Source: a virus
Lineage: Duplodnaviria; Caudoviricetes
Length of the DNA stretch: 64,000 nucleotides
Virus record (IMG/VR): IMGVR_UViG_3300020465_001196
Direction: 5' to 3' (one strand)
A program made the translations under genes and the position numbers. Numbering within the stretch: position 1 is the stretch's first letter; every line of letters starts with the position of its first letter. The notes below the pieces were generated by a model, which made no database searches, was not told where the DNA came from, and worked only from the letters and a program-made list of their open reading frames with translations. Below are positions 17,944 to 27,105 of this stretch, piece by piece.

Positions 17944-18600
17944 TTATTTGGTTGATTGTTCATTGGTTGGTTTTTGTAAAACGAAAACTAAATTTCTTTC
18001 GTCAAACGGTTTATCTGGATCATTTTGATCAGTTAGTTGAATAGTAAAATCAGTAGCAACTAAAATGTGCCATCCTGTTCTCATCATTAATGCTCCCCAC
18101 ATTTTAACATCCATAATTGAATAATGGTTCGCAATTCTTTCTAACGGTCTATGATTATTTGGTGCAGGCATTTCAATATACATTTTTCCGCCTGGTTTAC
18201 ACACTCTAAAATATTCCATTAATGTAAAGTATGGAAACGGTGAATGTTCTAGACAATGTCTTGAAAACATAAAGTCATAACTGTTATCTTCAAACGTCAT
18301 AAAAGATTGATCCATGTTTTCACATTTAAATCCTCTTTCAATAGTTTTGTCAACATCTTCTTGACTCATTGTAATACCTTGTAAGTTTTCAAAACCAGCT
18401 TCTTTAAATTTTGTCATTGCATACCCTTGTCCACAACCAATATCTAAAATAGAGATTGATTTATCTTCACCTATTTGATTTTCTAAAAGGTCTTTTACTA
18501 CCATATCTATCATACGTGTATGCATTGGAGTATCTGGTTCAGAGTATACTTCCGTTTTAATTAATTCTAAAAATGCTTCTATTTTTTTACTGTTTTCCAT
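17944..18600 (-). CDS. Class I SAM-dependent methyltransferase
   Basis: ILDIGCGQG, FSRHCLEHSPFP; start set at MENSKK after tRNA-Gly. Confidence 0.88.
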   Translation of the reverse strand: MENSKKIEAFLELIKTEVYSEPDTPMHTRMIDMVVKDLLENQIGEDKSISILDIGCGQGYAMTKFKEAGFENLQGITMSQEDVDKTIERGFKCENMDQSFMTFEDNSYDFMFSRHCLEHSPFPYFTLMEYFRVCKPGGKMYIEMPAPNNHRPLERIANHYSIMDVKMWGALMMRTGWHILVATDFTIQLTDQNDPDKPFDERNLVFVLQKPTNEQSTK

Positions 18601-18636
18601 TTTATTTTTCTTTACATTATTATTTATACTTTTATT

Positions 18637-18711
18637 TGGAGCGGGCAGAGGGATTCGAACCCTCGACCCCTTCGTTGGCAACGAAGTGCTCTACCACTGA
18701 GCTATGCCCGC
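18637..18711 (-). tRNA. trnG: tRNA-Gly(GCC)
   Basis: GCGGGCA acceptor, anticodon arm CUUCG-UUGCCAA-CGAAG, T-arm, CCA. Confidence 0.96.
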
Positions 18712-18723
18712 CTATATTAATAT

Positions 18724-19932
18724 TTATTTGCTAAACCTGTCTTTAATTTCTTTTAAACAAGTTAGAAAATAATCAACTTCTTTTTTTGTACTATATACAC
18801 CTGTTGATATTCTACAACTACCACTCCATCCTATTTGTCTGTGTAGCATTTGTGTACAATGATGTCCTGGGCGAGTTGCAATCCCATAAGCATCTAAAAA
18901 CATTGCCATATCTTGATGATGTACTCCATCAAGGTTAAATGAAATAACAGCACTACGTTCTTTTGTGCCAATAAATTTTACTCCATCTATTTGCGACATT
19001 TTTTCATAAGCATAATCTATTACTTCTTCTTCATGCTTAATCATTTCTTCAAATCCTGTGTCAACATAAAAGTTTAATGCTTCATGTAGCCCAACAATTT
19101 CTGTTACTGCTAATGTGCCAGCTTCCCATTTCTTAGAACCTTCTGCAAAGTCAACATTATCATGATCTACTGTTGCAACTGTTCCACCACCGCCTAGTGC
19201 AGGATCTAAATTATCAATCCATTTACGTTTTGCATACATAACACCAATACCACTTGGACCATACATCTTATGTCCACTCATTGCATAAAAGTCACAATCT
19301 AAATTTTGCATATCAACTTTAATGTGTGGTGCACCTTGTGTACCATCTACTGCAACTACAATGTTATGTTTTTTAGCAATTTCACAAACACGTTTAATGT
19401 CTATTACTTGCCCTGATGTATTAGATACATGAGTAATTGCAATAATTTTCGTACGATCAGTAATTAATGATTCTATTTCTTCAATATCGATTTGATGTTG
19501 CTCATTAACTTTTAAAAACTTTATAACTGCACCATTAAACTTACGTTGTAAATGCCATGGTATATAATTCGAATGATGTTCTATTTCTGTTGTAATAATT
19601 TCATAGCCTGGTTGCATTGTTCTACCAAATGCTGTTGCAACCATATTAATTGCTTCTGTGGCTGATTTTGTAAACACTATTTCATCTGGTTCATTTGCAT
19701 TAATAAAATCTGCAACTGCTTGTCTACTTTTTTCTACCAATGCCGTTGCATGATTTGATAATTCGTGTATGCTTCTTCCAATACTTGAATATTCTTCTGT
19801 CATAAACTTATTCATTCTATCAATTACACATTGTGGTTTTTGTGAAGAATTAGCACTATCAAAGTATACCAATGGCTTACCGCTGGGTAGCATTTTGTTT
19901 AGTATCGGAAAATGTTTTCTTATATGTTCCAT
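18724..19932 (-). CDS. sufS: Cysteine desulfurase, SufS type
   Basis: VYFDSANSSQKP, EHHSN, VDGTQ, SGHKMYGPSG (PLP Lys), RPGHHC (catalytic Cys). Confidence 0.95.
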   Translation of the reverse strand: MEHIRKHFPILNKMLPSGKPLVYFDSANSSQKPQCVIDRMNKFMTEEYSSIGRSIHELSNHATALVEKSRQAVADFINANEPDEIVFTKSATEAINMVATAFGRTMQPGYEIITTEIEHHSNYIPWHLQRKFNGAVIKFLKVNEQHQIDIEEIESLITDRTKIIAITHVSNTSGQVIDIKRVCEIAKKHNIVVAVDGTQGAPHIKVDMQNLDCDFYAMSGHKMYGPSGIGVMYAKRKWIDNLDPALGGGGTVATVDHDNVDFAEGSKKWEAGTLAVTEIVGLHEALNFYVDTGFEEMIKHEEEVIDYAYEKMSQIDGVKFIGTKERSAVISFNLDGVHHQDMAMFLDAYGIATRPGHHCTQMLHRQIGWSGSCRISTGVYSTKKEVDYFLTCLKEIKDRFSK

Positions 19933-19980
19933 TGTTATTATATTTACGTCAATTTAATTGTGAATAACTTATAGTTAATT

Positions 19981-20056
19981 TGGTGGAGGATAGCGGGATC
20001 GAACCGCTGACCTCCTGAATGCAAATCAGGCGCTCTCCCAGCTGAGCTAATCCCCC
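19981..20056 (-). tRNA. trnA: tRNA-Ala(UGC)
   Basis: G3-U70 pair, anticodon loop UUUGCAU, T-arm, CCA. Confidence 0.97.
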
Positions 20057-20060
20057 ACAG

Positions 20061-20216
20061 TTAGCATAACTCATAAGCAGGATTCTGTTCATTGCTATCA
20101 TTTACCTTTGCGTCCTACCCTGTGTCCCGGCAGTTGTTGACACTCTACTTGGACTTGCACATATCTGCCTGTGTCCTGACTTTCCTCTGTTTCCAGCGAT
20201 AGCCCGGTTATGCTAA
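20061..20216 (-). ncRNA. rnpB: Minimal RNase P RNA (catalytic domain only)
   Basis: GAGGAAAGUCAGGA and AACAGAAUCCUGCUUA form P4 with bulged U; P1, P2, P3, P5, P6, P15 (GGU loop) and P16 can all be built; CR IV AGGUAAAUGA present. Confidence 0.88.
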
Positions 20217-20218
20217 TG

Positions 20219-20252
20219 TATTTACTATAATACATTTCTATAATTTTGTCAA
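20219..20252 (-). promoter_or_regulatory. Promoter for the RNase P RNA-tRNA-Ala unit
   Basis: TTGACA(20252-20247)-N17-TATAGT(20229-20224), overlapping a TAAATA at 20224-20219. Confidence 0.75.
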
Positions 20253-20255
20253 TTG

Positions 20256-20471
20256 TTATTTGCTGTGTGGCGGAAGTTTCTTTTCAACCCACCAAATGTG
20301 TTTACGTGTAATTGGATCATATTTTCTAACTCTCAATTTATCGTTTTTCTTTTCGCCTTTGGTTGGTTTTTTAGCATAATAATAATATGCATGATCTTTC
20401 ATTTTAGAATCTTCTGGTACTAATCTAACTTTTAAATATGGTTTTTTTGTTTTAGTTTTATTTTTTGCCAT
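20256..20471 (-). CDS. rpmG: 50S ribosomal protein L33, Zn-free type
   Basis: KVRLV, KLRVRKYDPITRKHIWWVEKK; no Cys. Confidence 0.88.
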   Translation of the reverse strand: MAKNKTKTKKPYLKVRLVPEDSKMKDHAYYYYAKKPTKGEKKNDKLRVRKYDPITRKHIWWVEKKLPPHSK

Positions 20472-20700
20472 TTGGTTTGTTTTTATCAGAAATCAGCTTA
20501 TCTAATTTCTTTTCAACTCGCTTGTTTAGTTTATGAACTTCTTTATTTAATTCTTCTAAATGAGCAATGTGCTTTTGAAAATCTTGTAAACTAATAGTAT
20601 GTAATAATAATTTTTCTTCTAGTTCTTTTTGTGTGATTAATTTTTTAAGATACTTTGGGTGTCTTAATAAATCTATTACGTTACTCTTTGTTTTGCTCAT
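20458..20700 (-). CDS. Hypothetical coiled-coil protein
   Basis: Coupled ORF. Confidence 0.5.
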   Translation of the reverse strand: MSKTKSNVIDLLRHPKYLKKLITQKELEEKLLLHTISLQDFQKHIAHLEELNKEVHKLNKRVEKKLDKLISDKNKPNGKK

Positions 20701-21625
20701 ATGTTCTTTTTACAACTTTGCCTATGTTTACTCTATTATACAATTTATCTCTATGGAATTGCAACCAATTTTCACCACCTAATGCAATGTGGATACAATT
20801 ACTTGGCGTTAAATTGTATGTTTCACATACTTTAGTTTGTGCTTTACTATATTTATTCCACTGATGATCTGGACCAAAATGTGTCATAAGTTCTAAACTT
20901 ATTCTAGTGTTAAGGTGGCAACCATGAGTCCAATCTGCTTGTAAAGCCAATCTATTTTTACGTTCTCCTGATGTATAATCTATTTTTCCATGCCTACTAA
21001 ACCTTATACCAGCCCTATAATCGCCGGTACACAATCCTTTGGTTGTAGAGAAAGCAACTTCTTCTATTGCTGGATGTGATAAGTCTATGTTTATATTTGC
21101 ACACGTTCCAAACCAAGCCATGTCAACAAAAACAGGCACGTTAAGATCTTGTGCGGCATCAAATATTCTATGAGTAGAATGATGCATCATTCCTGTACCA
21201 CTAAATGGACAACTTACAATAACTGCATCTCCTTTTTGCAAAGGTCTATCATCAATAAAATTAGATTGGTTATCATCAAAAAATTTATGTACATCTCTAT
21301 TATAAGGATACTCACCTCTAAACATTCTTAAAGTTCTGCCTTCTTCTAATATTCTATAATGAAACTCGTCTAAAGATTGTGTTACTCCAACTGAAGGGAA
21401 ACGATAGTTGAACGTTTCTAAACCGCGAATACAATTTAATGTACTACTACCTACCCAGTCAGGATAGTAATCAACAAATTTCTGTTGACATTGCAAATCT
21501 TCTTTTAATGCTGTATTAAAAAAGTCTTTATCGAGCAAATATGATAAAAACTCTCCATTATAAATTGAATTTCCGTTTCGCTTAAACTCTGTGTTTGATT
21601 CTGTGTATTGTGATTTTTCTACCAT
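20681..21625 (-). CDS. PLP-dependent transferase-like protein (fold type I)
   Basis: VSCPFSGTG, VFVDMAW (DxA), AFSTTKGL (SxxK), RAGIRF. Confidence 0.65.
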   Translation of the reverse strand: MVEKSQYTESNTEFKRNGNSIYNGEFLSYLLDKDFFNTALKEDLQCQQKFVDYYPDWVGSSTLNCIRGLETFNYRFPSVGVTQSLDEFHYRILEEGRTLRMFRGEYPYNRDVHKFFDDNQSNFIDDRPLQKGDAVIVSCPFSGTGMMHHSTHRIFDAAQDLNVPVFVDMAWFGTCANINIDLSHPAIEEVAFSTTKGLCTGDYRAGIRFSRHGKIDYTSGERKNRLALQADWTHGCHLNTRISLELMTHFGPDHQWNKYSKAQTKVCETYNLTPSNCIHIALGGENWLQFHRDKLYNRVNIGKVVKRTYEQNKE

Positions 21626-21951
21626 TATAAATCTTGTGCTACTGTTATTGTCATTCCATCCATTTCTGGATTAACTTGAATTTGACATCCAAGTCTTGAT
21701 TCGTCAGTAACTCCTTCAGCCATCTCTATCATATCTTTTTCATCTTCAGTAAAATCGTTTACTGCCCATTTAGAAGTTGATTCAATATATACATGGCAAG
21801 TGGCACAGGCACAACAACCTCCACAATCACCAAAATGATCCATTTGAATTTCTTTTATTATAACGTCTTTTAAAGTTTTACCAATTTCTGCATCTATAGT
21901 ATGCTTTTGACCTTTTCTGTCAATTAAATGAAGTGTTACTGTATCACTCAT
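21625..21951 (-). CDS. fdx: 2Fe-2S ferredoxin, ISC/adrenodoxin type
   Basis: CGGCCACATCHV and SRLGCQI. Confidence 0.95.
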   Translation of the reverse strand: MSDTVTLHLIDRKGQKHTIDAEIGKTLKDVIIKEIQMDHFGDCGGCCACATCHVYIESTSKWAVNDFTEDEKDMIEMAEGVTDESRLGCQIQVNPEMDGMTITVAQDL

Positions 21952-22982
21952 AGATTAACTACTTTTTTCTTTTGCATCATTCTATTGTAAAAATTTATAC
22001 TAGCAAGATTTTTTGCTTTAGACTCACACATGATATCAAAATCATCTGTAAATGTCCAAGCCCATTCGTTAACAGCATCATTCCAATAGTAATCAGAATG
22101 TGCTCTCAGTTTTGCTTTCTTGTAACCAGACTCTAATAGTGTTTTGTAATTTGGCTTAATATTTGTTGCATGACCTGGTATCACATCTTCGCGAGATACA
22201 GAATAATGCATAGCAGGCCTAACGCCACGCCAACTATCAATAATACGTTTAATACGGTCGTCGCCTGGAGTAATATATTCTCCGGCACTATGAACCCAGT
22301 GATGGTGTATGTCGACAACTAATGCTACCTCCTTCTCAAGTTCTAATGAAGCATCTAAGCCCCACGAGTTTTCATCATTCTCAATTGTAATACAATTTCT
22401 TGCTTCAGTTGATAGCCTAGGCAACACATCAATAATACCTTGCGGGCCACGTTTACCTGATATATGTACATTACATTTAAAGTCTTGAAATGTTTTACCA
22501 TAACCCATCCAACGTGCAACATTAATATGATATTCAAATTCTTCTATACTTCTGTTTACTATATCATCACTTGCACTAGCCAATACTGTAAATTGACCAG
22601 GGTGCATACTAACTCTTACATCAAGTTTACGAGCAAGATTACCAACTGCTGGAAATGACTTTTCTAAATAGTCAACAACATCTGGCTTACGCCAAAAGTA
22701 TGACCAAGTTGGTTCTGTATATACAGGCAGTACATCACTACCAAGACGTACCATTCTTAAAGGTTGTGGCAAACTACCAACGTACTCAATTAGATTATAA
22801 AAAGCTGAAATATTATGTTGCATAATATCCCACAATCTTTGTTCAGCTACTTCTTTTGTTTGCCTATTCAACCAAGCAACTGTTGTAGACTTGGTATTGA
22901 ATGGTCGTTGTAATTCTTCTAGAAGTTTTTTCTTTTGCGATTGATCCGAATGCATATATTTACAAGCAAAACCTATTCTCAT
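21948..22982 (-). CDS. uvsE: UV damage endonuclease UvsE/UVDE
   Basis: RIGFAC, RLGSD, SMHPGQF, IENDE, VDIHHHW, HYS, AHSDY, MCESKAK. Confidence 0.93.
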   Translation of the reverse strand: MRIGFACKYMHSDQSQKKKLLEELQRPFNTKSTTVAWLNRQTKEVAEQRLWDIMQHNISAFYNLIEYVGSLPQPLRMVRLGSDVLPVYTEPTWSYFWRKPDVVDYLEKSFPAVGNLARKLDVRVSMHPGQFTVLASASDDIVNRSIEEFEYHINVARWMGYGKTFQDFKCNVHISGKRGPQGIIDVLPRLSTEARNCITIENDENSWGLDASLELEKEVALVVDIHHHWVHSAGEYITPGDDRIKRIIDSWRGVRPAMHYSVSREDVIPGHATNIKPNYKTLLESGYKKAKLRAHSDYYWNDAVNEWAWTFTDDFDIMCESKAKNLASINFYNRMMQKKKVVNL

Positions 22983-23443
22983 AACTTACCTAACTTTTTA
23001 ACTCTACGTTGATGTCTACCACCTTCAAAGTCTGTTGTAAAAAATACTTTCACAATTTTCTTTGCTTGACTTGTTGTTGTAAAGTCTGCACCTAAACATA
23101 ACACATTCGCGTTGTTATGTCTACGAGACATTTCTGCTTCTTTAGGTGTTCTACAAACTACTGCTCTAATATTCTTAAATCTATTTGCCGCAATGCTAAC
23201 TCCATAGCCAGAACCACATACTAATATACCATAATTATCTTTATCAAAATAATGTCCCATTTCTTTTACTACATCTGGATAATCAACTGATTTTCCTGCT
23301 TCATGTGGTTTTAAATTTTGTAATACTGCTATATTAAATTTTGTACCACCTTCTATATCATCTGGAGATACCCAATCTAATAATTTATGTTTTAATTCTA
23401 GGCCTCTATGATCAGAGCCTAATATAAGATCAATTGTTTTCAT
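22979..23443 (-). CDS. rpiB: Ribose-5-phosphate isomerase B
   Basis: GSDHRG, VDYPD, GILVCGSGYGVSIAAN, RRHNNANVL, FEGGRHQRR. Confidence 0.95.
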   Translation of the reverse strand: MKTIDLILGSDHRGLELKHKLLDWVSPDDIEGGTKFNIAVLQNLKPHEAGKSVDYPDVVKEMGHYFDKDNYGILVCGSGYGVSIAANRFKNIRAVVCRTPKEAEMSRRHNNANVLCLGADFTTTSQAKKIVKVFFTTDFEGGRHQRRVKKLGKL

Positions 23444-23539
23444 ATGTATAGTATATTTAACAATCCTAAATTTGTCAAGAGGAAACGTAGGAATTACCCA
23501 ACGTTTCCAAATGATCAAGATGTTCTGATTTGCCTTAAA

Positions 23540-24466
23540 TTAGAATGTAAATTTAAAGCCTGTAGAATAACTGTCTGTATCTAAAGTAGATCCAGTATTA
23601 TTTGCGTGTTGATATTCAACATACGTAGATAATTTTCCAGTTACATTGTACGATGCACCGCCAGTATAGTATGAAGAAGAATCTTCAATTTTACCATAAC
23701 CTGCTGATACTGTTAATTTATCAGAGGCTGAATATGAAGCTACTACTTCATTGCCAGTAACATCTGTTGCGGCATCCTTTAACGTGTAAGTATAACCTAC
23801 TGTCATTGGAAGACCAATTGATGAAGCATCTGTTGTAAACCCTACACCATAATAGTTAATGTCATTAACTTTATCGTTAGATATACCACCTGATACCTTT
23901 ACACCTTCGACTTGATATGTTATTGTACCTTCTTGTACATCAACACCATCTTCTCCAGTTGATCCATCAATTTTAGCTAAACCATCAATTGTAATTGGGC
24001 CTAAATTATTTGAATACGCAATTGTATTTGTATCTCTTACAAATAAATTTTGATCTGCGTTCGAACCATAGACTTCAAATACATCTGTATGACCACTTAC
24101 ATTAGATGTAAATGGAGATGCTTGACGGCCTGCTGATAACGATCCAACCATACCAAAGTCTAAACCTACGTAGGCTAGACGAGAGTCTAGTGGATTATTA
24201 TTTGAGTCGTCAGTATCAACACCAAGTTCTAGTTTAGCAAAGCCAGTAATGCCTTCACCAATGCCTTCACTTGCATCAATACCAATCAACGATGAGTTGT
24301 TCTCAGCTTTCATATATGATTTACCAGAGCTATTTTCATCGTTACTTAATTTGTAATTAAACGTTCCGTAAATTTTTGTTTCTACGGCTTCTGCTTCACT
24401 ACAAGCTGTTAACGAAAATATCGCTACTAGCGAACCTATGATTGCTGTGCTTAAAAATTTTCTCAT
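23540..24466 (-). CDS. Gram-negative general porin
   Basis: Signal peptide, IYGTFN, SRLAYVGL, GRQ, alternating beta-strand pattern, C-terminal GFKFTF. Confidence 0.85.
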   Translation of the reverse strand: MRKFLSTAIIGSLVAIFSLTACSEAEAVETKIYGTFNYKLSNDENSSGKSYMKAENNSSLIGIDASEGIGEGITGFAKLELGVDTDDSNNNPLDSRLAYVGLDFGMVGSLSAGRQASPFTSNVSGHTDVFEVYGSNADQNLFVRDTNTIAYSNNLGPITIDGLAKIDGSTGEDGVDVQEGTITYQVEGVKVSGGISNDKVNDINYYGVGFTTDASSIGLPMTVGYTYTLKDAATDVTGNEVVASYSASDKLTVSAGYGKIEDSSSYYTGGASYNVTGKLSTYVEYQHANNTGSTLDTDSYSTGFKFTF

Positions 24467-24586
24467 CTTATTTCTCCTCTTGTAAAATTTCCTCCTTCAA
24501 GGAAATATTCTGAATGGCATTATAGCTCATTCAAAACTAGTATAACGTAAAAGTTGTATTTTGTCAATATATATTGTGGATAATTT

Positions 24587-24832
24587 TTATTCTTCTACTT
24601 TATCTTGTGCTTGATCTAATTCTTTTTCTTTACTTTTTGGTCTAGAATCATCAATAATAGCCTGTTCAATTGTTTTAGGATCAACTTCTCCGTTCTTTAA
24701 TGCTATTAAACAATCTACTACTGTTGGCCTTAATTTCATTCTATACATTTTTGCGGCTAATAATGGTAATTCCATTTGAGATATTTCTGTGGCTTCCATT
24801 ACGTCCTGGGGAAAAACTCTTAGTTCTGACAT
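24587..24832 (-). CDS. Hypothetical protein
   Basis: ORF after tRNA-Thr. Confidence 0.5.
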   Translation of the reverse strand: MSELRVFPQDVMEATEISQMELPLLAAKMYRMKLRPTVVDCLIALKNGEVDPKTIEQAIIDDSRPKSKEKELDQAQDKVEE

Positions 24833-24853
24833 TGTTTTTATTTATACAAAAAA

Positions 24854-24929
24854 TGGTGCCGCTTCACGGATTCGAACCGCGGACCTACTGATTACAAATC
24901 AGTTGCTCTACCAACTGAGCTAAAGCGGC
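24854..24929 (-). tRNA. trnT: tRNA-Thr(UGU)
   Basis: GCCGCUU acceptor, anticodon arm ACUGA-UUUGUAA-UCAGU, CCA. Confidence 0.96.
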
Positions 24930-24943
24930 ATTCTTACATATTT

Positions 24944-24971
24944 ATAGGGCAAACTATAAAAGCCGCCCTAT
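24944..24971 (-). terminator. Possible terminator hairpin
   Basis: ATAGGGC...GCCCTAT inverted repeat after the 25009 ORF; no strong U-tract. Confidence 0.4.
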
Positions 24972-25008
24972 AAACTCAATTTGTGTTAAAGTAAATTGTA
25001 AAGAGAGA

Positions 25009-25236
25009 TTACTTTTTACTACCACGGCTTGAAAGCCAATATATAACACCAATTGCGATAAGTCCTACTACACCTGCATCACCAAGTGATCCAATAAGTG
25101 CAACAAGATTACCTACGACATCTGCTGGGAAAAACGGAACTGCTCCGAATACCACTTGCAATACGATGCCAAGTAGTAAAAATGTTAATGCCACGTCAGT
25201 TAGACTAGCAAGTAACGATTTAATTTTATCAAGCAT
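25009..25236 (-). CDS. Small two-helix membrane protein, paralog of 39339..39563
   Basis: GIVLQVVFG...DVVGNLVALIGSLGDAGVVGLIA; strong RBS and sigma70 promoter. Confidence 0.75.
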   Translation of the reverse strand: MLDKIKSLLASLTDVALTFLLLGIVLQVVFGAVPFFPADVVGNLVALIGSLGDAGVVGLIAIGVIYWLSSRGSKK

Positions 25237-25385
25237 AATACTCCTCCTTGATAGTTGTTAAGAACTTCTTATTCTTGATCATGCTTATATAATACGTTAA
25301 AATGTTTATTCTGTCAATAGAATAATCACATAAAATAAATTTTATGGCCTATATGTCCTAATTTATAAATGAAAACTTAGATATA

Positions 25386-27101
25386 TTATTTTTTTAAACC
25401 ACGTCTAACCATTTGCATTACACCTGGTTTTGTTATAATGCTGGCCAATTTAATAACAACATCTACAACATCATCTTTGTATGTTATTGATAAATCTTTG
25501 CCTTTTGAAAGTGTACGCATAGCAGTTTTAAATCTTGATACTTTGTTTGACGGTACTAAACCTTGTCTTGCAAGATAATCTAATTTTGCTAAATCTTCTC
25601 TGCTGATTGATTCATGTATTACGTTTGCAAAGTCTACAAAGTCAGTGTACTTACCTGCTGTCATCATATTAACCAGTTTAGCTCTTTTAGAAGGATCTGC
25701 TAATGCTGTACCAATTTTATTTAATATTGGTGCCAATTCTGCTTCTTCTGGTGGTGTTAAGGGTTTTAAATTACCTGGTTTAAGTTTGTCTAATGCTTTT
25801 ACGGCTTTGCCTGTAGCATCTGGATTTAATTTTTTAATTTGTGCTAATGTTGGATCTTGTTTTTTCTCTGCATCTTGATCTGCTGTTGTTTGTGTTGTAT
25901 CAGTTTGATCAGTTGGTGCTGGTGCTTTTACACCCATTTGTCCTGCTTCTTTTCTTTGTACAAAATCTGTAATTGCTGTTGTTGAATTCGCTAACAATTG
26001 ATTTACATCGTTTTGTGTAAGTTCCATTTGATGATTTTTTCTAAACCACTCTATAATATTTTTTGAATCTAATGCATTATTTTTTACAAGATCAAATACT
26101 GTTTGACTACCTTGTGGAGTACCATCTGGTTTAAAAGTGTTAGTGTACTCTGCTGGTTCAATTGTTATGTTGTGATTTTTTTGAAACCACTTTGCTGATG
26201 TTTCAGGACTAGCATTTTTTCCAACACTTGCTATAAATCCTTTAAGCTCTCTGTTTATGTTAGTTGCTTGGCTTCCTGAAGTATATTCTGCCCAATTTTT
26301 TGCAATTTTATTTGCTTCAACACCGGTGTTTAATCTACCTTGTGCTTTTCTTGAACCAAACATTGATCCTAACGTGTTTAATGCTTTTTGTGTTCTACTA
26401 AAAGGTTGTGCTTGTTTCTTTTGAAAAGGTGCTTCTGTAAGTATACCTAAATCATAAATTCTATCTGCAATCCATTCATCTGGCATTCCAGTTCTTGCTT
26501 TCATAATACCATATGGCATTTCGCCTGAGTTTGCAAAGTAATTAAACAAATCATCATAAACATCTGAACCATATTCGATATCGTCTATACTTGTAATATT
26601 ATGTTTGTTTAAAATTGCTCTAACTTCATCTTGTTCTGATGCTTCAAACTTACTTCTTAATCTATTATTTTCTTCATCAAAATCTTCTGAGTTCATAAAG
26701 TCTTCCCAAGTAGGATACATTTTTTGATACTCATCATTGTTGTAATAAATTTCTTTTGCAAGTTCTTCTTTAGCACCTCTATCTGATCTTAAAGGATCAA
26801 CTGACTCATCTTTAATTAAATCCATTTGATGCTTTTGTAATTCTTCCATAGAATCAAACTCACCTGTTAGTTTACCATGTCTATATGATCTAAACTTGCC
26901 ACCAAACTTTGTTGCCGCTAAACCATATTTGTTCATGCCCATATCACCTGGACCATCTTCTTGTGATTCTTTTTTAGGTTTACCGTGTTTGTTATGTTGA
27001 GCCCAAGCAATAGCATAGGCTATTGATTTATCGTCAAACTTTTTTTTAAGTTTCTTTACTTGCTTTTCTCTTCCTGGAGGTGCAACTTCGTGGATACGCA
27101 T
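25386..27101 (-). CDS. Modular putative virion internal protein
   Basis: MRIHEV leader; modules separated by [IL]xE-like sites. Confidence 0.65.
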   Translation of the reverse strand: MRIHEVAPPGREKQVKKLKKKFDDKSIAYAIAWAQHNKHGKPKKESQEDGPGDMGMNKYGLAATKFGGKFRSYRHGKLTGEFDSMEELQKHQMDLIKDESVDPLRSDRGAKEELAKEIYYNNDEYQKMYPTWEDFMNSEDFDEENNRLRSKFEASEQDEVRAILNKHNITSIDDIEYGSDVYDDLFNYFANSGEMPYGIMKARTGMPDEWIADRIYDLGILTEAPFQKKQAQPFSRTQKALNTLGSMFGSRKAQGRLNTGVEANKIAKNWAEYTSGSQATNINRELKGFIASVGKNASPETSAKWFQKNHNITIEPAEYTNTFKPDGTPQGSQTVFDLVKNNALDSKNIIEWFRKNHQMELTQNDVNQLLANSTTAITDFVQRKEAGQMGVKAPAPTDQTDTTQTTADQDAEKKQDPTLAQIKKLNPDATGKAVKALDKLKPGNLKPLTPPEEAELAPILNKIGTALADPSKRAKLVNMMTAGKYTDFVDFANVIHESISREDLAKLDYLARQGLVPSNKVSRFKTAMRTLSKGKDLSITYKDDVVDVVIKLASIITKPGVMQMVRRGLKK

Positions 27102-27105
27102 GGCG

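Noticed and set aside
18601-18681. N-terminal extension MPTKGSRVRIPLPAP of the methyltransferase ORF
   Set aside because: It is simply the tRNA-Gly 3' half read in frame; the protein plausibly starts at MENSKK (18600)
24700-24891. Plus-strand ORF ending MVPLHGFEPRTY
   Set aside because: Antisense reading of tRNA-Thr and the neighbouring gene
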